Assembly (NCBI GenBank): GCA_964019335.1
Contig: OZ025657.1
Coordinates: 744,001-808,000, forward strand
Direction of reading: 5' to 3'
DNA: 64,000 nt
Source: Diplonema japonicum
Lineage: Eukaryota; Protista; Euglenozoa: Diplonemea
A model generated the notes under the pieces. The model saw nothing but the letters and a program-made list of their open reading frames with translations. It had not been told where the DNA came from and did not search any database. Each line of letters begins with the position of its first letter. Position 1 is the first letter of the stretch. The position numbers and the translations under genes were made by a program. Of the stretch, positions 57,027-64,000 are shown one piece after another.

Positions 57027-57092
57027 CATAGTATCCAGAGCGAGCCGGGGTCGGAGTTCAAACTGAGTGATGGGTCCACTCTGTATACTATG
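57027..57092. repeat. Short inverted-repeat (hairpin/MITE-like) element, copy 2
   Basis: 57027-57040 CATAGTATCCAGAG vs reverse complement of 57079-57092 CATAGTATACAGAG: 13/14 identical; termini shared with 926-978. Confidence 0.7.
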
Positions 57093-57137
57093 CATTATTG
57101 TTTACCCTTCGTAATCGACTACTCACTCAGCTTGTAA

Positions 57138-57749
57138 ATGGAGCGCAGAAGTGGCGTGTTGGCGTTGTACCGGGCGACTTTGAAGCAAGCGTCTCTGCTG
57201 CCCGTCGAGACTCGGAAAGATACTCTGCAGAAGATAAGAGAAACATATAAGGCAAATGTGAACGAGCAAGCAGACGACAAGGTGAAGGAGCTGATTAAGG
57301 ACGGGTTCGGGCGGCTGGGGTATCTCCGCACAGTAACACCCAGGATCGACAAGCGGGGAAGGGATAAGCAGATGCGGAGCCAAAAATATATTGTGAAAGG
57401 AAAGGAAGGGTCATTTGTGAGGGGTAAGGGTGATAAGAGGAAGTCGCAGCAGAACGTGAAGTACGAAGGAGCCTCAAGTGACCCAGAGGTGAACTCGAGG
57501 CTGAAGTACGAAATGGACAAGCATCACATGACAGGGCACTATTGGAAAGACGAGAAGGCATTTGTGCCTTCTTATGCAAGGAATTTTGAAAATGTTATTA
57601 TGGAAGCGGCGGCAGTGCACAAAGGTCACAGCGACACGGCAGACGAGCACAAGTTGGCAAGGAACAGCTACAGCGAGAGGGGTGTTCTTTACGAACGTGT
57701 GCGATACCCGCATGCCCCGTGGGACACACCGGTCAAAGGTGGACATTGA
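57138..57749 (+). CDS. LYR-motif (Complex1_LYR) protein, probably mitochondrial (203 aa)
   Basis: VLALYRATLKQA...IRETYKAN...VKELIKDG...LGYL three-helix LYRM pattern at the N-terminus. Confidence 0.8.
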   Translation: MERRSGVLALYRATLKQASLLPVETRKDTLQKIRETYKANVNEQADDKVKELIKDGFGRLGYLRTVTPRIDKRGRDKQMRSQKYIVKGKEGSFVRGKGDKRKSQQNVKYEGASSDPEVNSRLKYEMDKHHMTGHYWKDEKAFVPSYARNFENVIMEAAAVHKGHSDTADEHKLARNSYSERGVLYERVRYPHAPWDTPVKGGH

Positions 57750-57816
57750 GTTTTCCTACCCCCCCCCCCCCCATTCTTGTTCCGCTTTCAATACAAATAA
57801 TTTAAAGGAAAGTAAA

Positions 57817-59018
57817 ATGGGGATGCACATCATGCTCAGCACCCTTGAAGGGAACAGTCACTGCTTGGAGGTAGAAGATTCGTGGTGCGTTTCCGACCTA
57901 AAACGCAGAGTGGAAAAGCTAATGAATGTTGAGAAGGGAGAAGTGTCGCTGTCGCTGGAAGGTGAGGTACTGACCAACGACGCAGAAGAGATATCTGAAA
58001 TAGGGCTGCTGTCGGACGATGTCATCGAAGTAGGCAAGTCGCACGAGGCAGTGGCAAAGAGGGATCTGTTCAGGAGGGGCATTGAGTGCACCGAGAAGTC
58101 ATTAGTTCTGTCTGCAAAGTACGGGTCTCTGGAAGTTGTGCAGCTGTTGCTCTCCTCAGGAATCGATGTGGACTGCGGCTCCGCTGTGGATGAGTCATCC
58201 TTGCAGCGCACAGCGCTGATGACAGCCGCTCACGAATGCAGATACGACATTGTTGAGGCATTACTCAAGTCAGGCGCTGATATCACTCTGCGTGATGCAG
58301 CAGGGGAGACAGCTCTCACCCTGGGCGTAGAGTCCCCCGATATCACCCGCTTGTTGTTGAAGCACGGCATCGACGTGAACTGCAAGGACTGGTACGGGAT
58401 GACGGCCCTCATGTACGCCATTGTAAATAGCAACCTCGAGACGACACAGATCCTGCTCGACTACGGCGCCCACATTAATGACAAGGACAACGATGGCATC
58501 ACACCGCTGATGCACGCTGTCGAGTCGGGGCGCGTTGAGGACGTGGCCTTTGCTTTGTCTAAAGGTGCCCTCCCAGACGAGGAAGACAACAACGGCGTCA
58601 CTGCTTTGATGCGCGCAGCAAAAGCGAGCAGCTTAGCGATCACGAGGTTGTTACTAAAGCAGAATGTGGATGTGAACGCTACCAGCGTCACGGGCAAGAC
58701 AGCACTCACGCATGCTGTAAGCGAGAACACCTGCAACATTAAAGTGGTGCAACTCCTCCTTGATCAGGGGTGTGGTCCTAATACCAAAGAGTGCTTCACT
58801 GGCACTACTCCGTTAATGCACGCTGTCCAGCGTGGGCACATAGAAACTGTAGAATGTCTCGCGAAAGCCGGTTCAGATGTAACTGCGAGAGACATCGTGT
58901 GCAGTATGTCACTCAAAGATAACAAACAAACAAACGAACAGGGAAGACGCCACTGATGTTCGCGTCTCCTTTTTACTACGATGCAATGCGGTGTGCACTC
59001 GGACTGGCAGAATCATAA
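57817..59018 (+). CDS. Ubiquitin-like domain + ankyrin repeat protein; exons 57817-58903, 58942-59018 (~387 aa)
   Basis: MHIMLSTLEG..LEVE..VSDLKRRVE..L..EGEVL (UBL); ~8 ankyrin repeats (TALM, GETAL, GMTALM, GITPLM, GVTALM, GKTAL, GTTPLM); intron 58904-58941 restores a last RKTPLMFA repeat. Confidence 0.9.
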
Positions 59019-59675
59019 GGGCTTCAGTTAGATCATCACCTGTAGGAGTGCTTCACTCCTGTACAGTTCGTTATCCGTTTTGTTATGTTCTGTTTGGTTA
59101 AGCGATAGCCGCTTATCTATTTAAATCTATTTTATGGGTGTTGAACTTGAGAAGACCTCCTCAATTGGCCTGGTCTGCTGGAAGGTCAACTTCTAGTTCA
59201 AGTAGTCATTGTAGCATAGTTGGTGCCTTGATGGCGCTGCTTGTTGCTTCGGCGGCTCAGCTGGTTCCAACCAAGGTTCACCAGCATGTGATGCCTTGCA
59301 TCGCATCGGCAGAACCTGTTAAGTGTCGTGATCCTCCGTTGGGCACTAAATGTATCAATCAAGGCTGAACGTGTTTTACACAGGGGGTTCATCCACCTAA
59401 ATCTGCACGGGGCTTGCCTGACACAGCACCTATCCAATCTAGACTATATATACGCCCCCCTCCCTCCCCTCGACCCCTCTAGCTAGTTCTAGGCATGTGC
59501 CAAAATGGACCGCAACGTTTCCCTCGTATCTTTACTCCTTTCCACTTGTCTTTTTAGTTCTGTCTACCTCCCAAGTGATCAAGAACGAAATGAAGCAAAA
59601 GCTTAGCATCACTTCTACCTTCATTGCTACTCGTCTTCTCGTATATTTACTTTTCATTCAGTGCAACACTGCAAG

Positions 59676-60893
59676 ATGAAGAAGCTGACCGTAGCGTTGG
59701 GCCTCATCGTCACTATGGCAGTTGCAATGACGAGCACTATGTGGTGGGAGGTAAGGGGTGAGGTGGTACCTGAAGAAAAATCTGTGCTAAAAGTAGCGCC
59801 GGTCTTAGAGCATACAACCGTTCCAGTTCCAATGACACAGCCGGAGCGCTCGAAAGATCCCTGCGGGATAGTTGTAGGAGATGTTGCGAAGTTTAAATCC
59901 TTGCACCATGGCATATACCTTGTCAAGATCGCTGGCGGTGCAAAGTACGTAATAAAACCCGAATGCCGACCGGCAGCCAAGTGGCATGGACAACAGGGTT
60001 GGTCTGAGATTGCAGTGCACCAGTTGTCAAAGCTCATTTTTGGTGAGAACAACACGGTGCCTTGCGCAAAAGGCATTACATTAGACCTCCCCGAGAGGTT
60101 CCGGTCAGAGGTGCACTCCGATCGCTGCGGCATGGTCGAAGAAGGAAGAATCGAAGGAGTTGCCATGTCGTTTACGCCGCACGAGGAGAAAGCGCTGGAC
60201 GCCATTAAAGCAATGAAGAAGTCGTTTCTGAAGTACCTAGAACCCCATAACACAGTCCCTGCCCGGGATCTCGTCTTTGTGCGAGACATAAGCAACGTCC
60301 TTGTTCTCGACTACGTTGTGCTCAACCCGGACCGGGAAGATAAGAACTGGTTCTTTAGCCCTTCACGGAGAGTTATTTCTATGGATAACGGCTGGGCTTT
60401 TGTGGGAAATGGCTATGGTGAGTCTGTGTGCGGAAGCTACGATGGTTACTTGACCTGCCCCCCTCTTTTGCGGCATCTGACAAATAAGGATTGCAATAAA
60501 AAAACCCTGAAGTTCTGTTTGTTCAGTTCTAAAACACGCGATGCGTTACAGGCCTTGCTCTCTTCATGGCACACCTCGGGGCCTGCATGGTCAGAGCATC
60601 TGCTTGCCGATCCTGTCGTTTCACATCTCTTCCGAGACCATGCTGGCTGGGCAGCGAAGGCCCCGAAACACAAGCAACAGCCCAATGCCCTGTACAACAC
60701 AGCCTTGGCAAGGTTCTTTCAAAATTGTGACGGTGTGGGAAACGGTGAAGGTGCAACACCGAGAGATATAGTTAAGTGGATGCAGGATGGTGTAGAGCAC
60801 AGAGTACGAGAGTTGCTACAACACATCGACAGGTGTGTTGTGGACTACGGTGCAGACTACGTGTTCCAGGTGAGCAATGCTGAGAGTAAGTAG
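59676..60893 (+). CDS. Signal-anchored atypical kinase of the Fam20/four-jointed/PI4K-II-like fold (405 aa)
   Basis: N-terminal signal anchor MKKLTVALGLIVTMAVAM; VIKPE, SEIAVHQLSKL..VP, catalytic LDYVVLNPDR..NW, metal-binding MDNGWAF; Cys-rich C-lobe. Confidence 0.72.
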   Translation: MKKLTVALGLIVTMAVAMTSTMWWEVRGEVVPEEKSVLKVAPVLEHTTVPVPMTQPERSKDPCGIVVGDVAKFKSLHHGIYLVKIAGGAKYVIKPECRPAAKWHGQQGWSEIAVHQLSKLIFGENNTVPCAKGITLDLPERFRSEVHSDRCGMVEEGRIEGVAMSFTPHEEKALDAIKAMKKSFLKYLEPHNTVPARDLVFVRDISNVLVLDYVVLNPDREDKNWFFSPSRRVISMDNGWAFVGNGYGESVCGSYDGYLTCPPLLRHLTNKDCNKKTLKFCLFSSKTRDALQALLSSWHTSGPAWSEHLLADPVVSHLFRDHAGWAAKAPKHKQQPNALYNTALARFFQNCDGVGNGEGATPRDIVKWMQDGVEHRVRELLQHIDRCVVDYGADYVFQVSNAESK

Positions 60894-60959
60894 TAACAAA
60901 TGAGAATAATAAAAACCAATTTCATTTTCAAAACGCCAACAAGCACCACAGGTGGCGAC

Positions 60960-61772
60960 ATGGAAACGCCGACTACTAGTTGCGGCGCTTGCGGGAGTGT
61001 GATCCCCGCGGTGTCTTTATATTGTTTAGTGTGCGGTGCTGAGCAGACCCAGGCACGAGGGACATCGCACGATCCTCGTGCATTGCTGTACTGGGCTGCT
61101 AAAGAGCTGAAGCTACCGGGCGAAGTATTAAGAGAGATTACAGAGTGGGCACCAAGAGGGCTGAAGGGAAAGAGTTCTAGGTGGTCGCCGCACCATATCA
61201 AACTGCTAGCAACGAAAGAGCACACCAAGCTTCTGTTCCCAGAAACGCATCAGGGGGAGGACGACGACGACGATGCTTGTGAGGAATTTGGGGGCTACGC
61301 TGCTATGTGGAACAGGAGCGTGCCCCCTATGTGGGGGATGTCGATATTTTCTGTTCTTTTGAAAACCTCTTGTGCGTCTCTCTTGGAGAACATTTATCTA
61401 TTCGGGATCTGTAAACCTACCGATTTCAGCCACAGCCGGCATCGTGCCCATGATGAGTCGCACGGCCCTCTGCGTTCGTACCCCACCTCGTGCTATGCGC
61501 TGCTGATAGGAGGAGGAAAGGGTGGTGTCCACCTCACACACGACGGCCTTGGGATGAACACTGCCCGTCTCAACGACACTTTCCTCAAGGAGTCCGACCG
61601 CGTACTCATCACGCTGGCTGTGGACACCTTACAGGGGACGGCCCTGTTCTCACTGAATGGTGTTTCCATCACTTCGTCACCTCTTGTCTTGCCTGAAGAG
61701 TACGTCACCACAGCATCTTACCCCTTTGTTGTTCTCAACACGGCAGGTGACAGCGTTGAATGGATACAGTGA
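60960..61772 (+). CDS. Zinc-ribbon + SPRY/B30.2-like protein (270 aa)
   Basis: CGACG..x..CLVCG; C-terminal FGIC...DRVLITLAVDTLQGTALFSLNG...YPFVVL...GDSVE, a SPRY-like end; CCACAG acceptor 9 nt before the ATG. Confidence 0.7.
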   Translation: METPTTSCGACGSVIPAVSLYCLVCGAEQTQARGTSHDPRALLYWAAKELKLPGEVLREITEWAPRGLKGKSSRWSPHHIKLLATKEHTKLLFPETHQGEDDDDDACEEFGGYAAMWNRSVPPMWGMSIFSVLLKTSCASLLENIYLFGICKPTDFSHSRHRAHDESHGPLRSYPTSCYALLIGGGKGGVHLTHDGLGMNTARLNDTFLKESDRVLITLAVDTLQGTALFSLNGVSITSSPLVLPEEYVTTASYPFVVLNTAGDSVEWIQ

Positions 61773-61843
61773 GGAGGTTGTTTATTATGTGAATACATTA
61801 CACAGTACCATGTAACACCACACCACAGGAGTCTATCAATAGT

Positions 61844-64000
61844 ATGGAGGCGGAAAAGATAACAGCCCTTGAGGCGGAGCTCCGAACATGGAAAGAGAAG
61901 GCCGGTGAGCTGGAGTCACAAAAAGCTGAGCTGGAGAGCAGAGAGATACGATTGGGAAAGAGGGTGATGAAGGAAATCGAGGAAAAGGAAGGAATGTCCA
62001 AGAGCGTGATAGAAGCCGAAAGAAGAGAGCATGCCAGCGAGGTGCTGAAATTCAAGAGTCAGATAGAAAGTTTGAAAGCAGCGGAAGTATCCGCTAAAGC
62101 GAAGTTGAGCCACGTGGAGACTGTTGAGGTGAAGAGGTTGGAGGCGAAAATCGAGTCTATCGACACAGAACTCAAGCTGGCGAAGAACGGCTACACAGAC
62201 TTACAGGAGAGGCTTCAGCAGGATACAGCTGAAAAGAATACGGAATTGGCGAAAGCGCTGGAGGAGAAGCGTTTTGCAAACACGGAGAAAATCACAGCTA
62301 TCTCGTCGAAGGAGGTGATGGAAAAGCGCCTGCAGCACCTAATGGAATCCGTCACATCGCATGAAGGGAGCCTGCAAGAGATGAAGGAGATGTCAAAAAA
62401 GCTCAAAAAAGAAACAAGTGAACGCGAGAGCTCGCTGCGAAGGGAAGTCAGACAACTGAAGTCGGCAACACGCTCTTTCGAAAACGAAATTGCCACTCTT
62501 AAGAAACAGCACGAAGTGTCAAAAGAAGAGGCAACGCAAGCCGAGGACAAAGTGCAACGTCTCAAGATCAAGCTGCAAGAGATGGGCATTGCTCACGCCA
62601 AGGATACAGAGGCAATGGAAAAGGAGAGGAGGTTTGCTGAGAATGAGGTTGAGAGAATGCGCCTCTTCGCTCAGAGGTTGGAGGAAGGCAAGACGGATAC
62701 CGAAATAGTTAAGAGACTCCTCGGTGACTCATGCCACCTTGATGAGACAGCCTTGCAAAAGTTAGCCACAGCACAGCGTCTTGTTGCAGACGAGCTTGAC
62801 TTAAACATGACGAACGCCTACAGCAAGTGGCTGGAGATGCGGCAGAGGCTTCAGGCGACCGAGAGCGAGAACAGCAGGCTGATTGACAACCACGCGGCCA
62901 CAGTCGAAGCGTGCGAGACCATGGCACCCGCTATCTTTAACCAACACCGTGAATGCCAGCAACTGATTAAGCAGCAGTACAAGCTCCAATCAAGCAACAC
63001 CCAGTTGTCGAAATCCTACTATGAGGCGCAGAGCGCTCTGTGTGCAGAGAGGAAGAAGTCAACTGAGAGCGAAAAACAAGTGAAAATACTCGAAGAGCAG
63101 TTGAAGGAAATTCAAGGCCAGTTGCGGAAGTGGGTGCAAGAGCCGATCGAAACCGAAAATAAAACCAAGGAAGCAACTTCGAGAGCTGACCTGGTTCACA
63201 AGCGGAACGTGGAGCTCGAGGAGAAGAATGCCACGTTGAGGGCAAGAATTAAACACGACACAGACAGGGGCACCAGGGAGAGGGAGATTGAAGAGAGGGC
63301 TCGGGAGAAGGTTGAAGCAATCAAACAGGAGTTTGACTATGTGTGCAACGAAAAGGCTCTGTTTTCTGAGCAGCTGGAAGACGTTAGGCAGCAGCGTGAC
63401 AAGGTGTTCAAGCTGCTTAGCGACTACGCCAGCGTGTCTTCTGATGTAGATCTGCAGACGAAGCTCGGCGATGCACAGAAGGAGGGCGGCTTCTCGGTGG
63501 GAGACGTGTCTAGCGAGGTAGGCACCACACTAGGTGCCTTGCAATCCGCGCTTAATGCGGAAGCACTCCAGTGCAAGCCGATCCAGGTGGGTGAGCTGAA
63601 GACGAAGGTAACCGACCTGGAGCTTAAGCTGCAGAACGCCACCGAAAAATTAGAAGATGTGACATCGAGGTACACCGAAGCTGAGGCAGCGCTGCTGAGG
63701 GAGAACGACTACAAAGAGGAACTGCACTGTAAGCTGCAGGAATGCATCGAAGTCTCGACAAAGAGAGCAGAGGACGAAGTCAAAAAGCAGGAAGAAGTTA
63801 CAGAGCTGCACAGAGAGAGGGAGACAGCTCTCTTGGAACTCAGGAGTCTTAAATCTTCTGTCGTGCAGGAGCAGGAAATAGTATGTCTATAGTCATAATA
63901 CAAGTTTTCACAGCGCGGGCTTGCCGAACAGGATATGGCACACTTGAAGGCAGTTAACCAGAATCTCGAAAAGCTTTACAGTCAAGCCGTCGAGGACAAC
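61844..64000 (+). CDS. Long coiled-coil protein, TPR/Mlp1/NUA nuclear-basket-like; exons 61844-63880, 63914->64000 (3'-truncated)
   Basis: Continuous heptads; NMTNAYSKWLEMRQRL..ENSRL..VEACETMAPAIFNQHRE resembles the conserved TPR/Mlp segment (LTELY..Y..L..ENKR..V..VE.KAP.L..QREE); VRQQRDKVFKLL resembles VRQRDMYRILL; 33-nt intron 63881-63913. Confidence 0.65.

Noticed and set aside
57041-57072. tRNA, SINE or C/D snoRNA suggested by GAGTTCAAA, CTGA and GTGATG
   Set aside because: No cloverleaf or T-arm pairing, and no terminal C/D boxes in the right arrangement
57562-57816. Overlap of the ankyrin ORF with the LYR gene
   Set aside because: Non-ATG start in an alternative frame; the UBL domain starts at ATG 57817
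61769-61828. Intron fusing the SPRY gene to the TPR-like gene
   Set aside because: Splicing CA|GTGAGG...CACAG| puts the downstream exon out of frame

Overview
Eukaryotic, almost certainly euglenozoan DNA. A BILBO1 homologue, a leishmanolysin-like domain, head-to-tail genes and many cis-spliced introns together fit a diplonemid best; the taxon is an inference. The 13 supportable protein genes all lie on the + strand. In order: 3' part of an NCKX/SLC24-type exchanger; an EF-hand protein; a BILBO1-like flagellar-pocket-collar protein; a 3,802-aa single-exon ankyrin + polycystin-2 (TRPP)-like channel with a ~2,100-aa disordered, internally duplicated N-terminus; and a ~34-kb gene that, after joining 5 exons, encodes an ~11,327-aa secreted protein. 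That protein has a catalytically degenerate leishmanolysin (M8) head and ~25 bacterial-type Ig-like repeats carrying inserted C-type lectin, WSC, PAN and Kelch cassettes, then a PPVG linker, EGF modules and Cys-rich repeats. The last 10 kb is a compact block: adenosine-kinase-like, hypothetical, secreted YbjN-like, LYR, ubiquitin-ankyrin, Fam20/PI4K-like secretory kinase, Zn-ribbon-SPRY and TPR/Mlp-like genes. I infer 13 tiny GT-AG introns (12 of 32-47 nt, one of 102 nt). They have A/C-rich rather than pyrimidine-rich 3' ends and cluster at gene 3' ends. Five intergenic spacers are 66-71 nt long, and a short CATAG...CTATG hairpin element occurs twice. The best candidate for an undescribed system is the adjacent pair of an ankyrin-PKD2 channel and a giant PKD1-ectodomain/mastigoneme-like secreted pseudo-protease, next to BILBO1 and Ca2+ genes. 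All domain calls are by eye from remembered family motifs; no searches were run.
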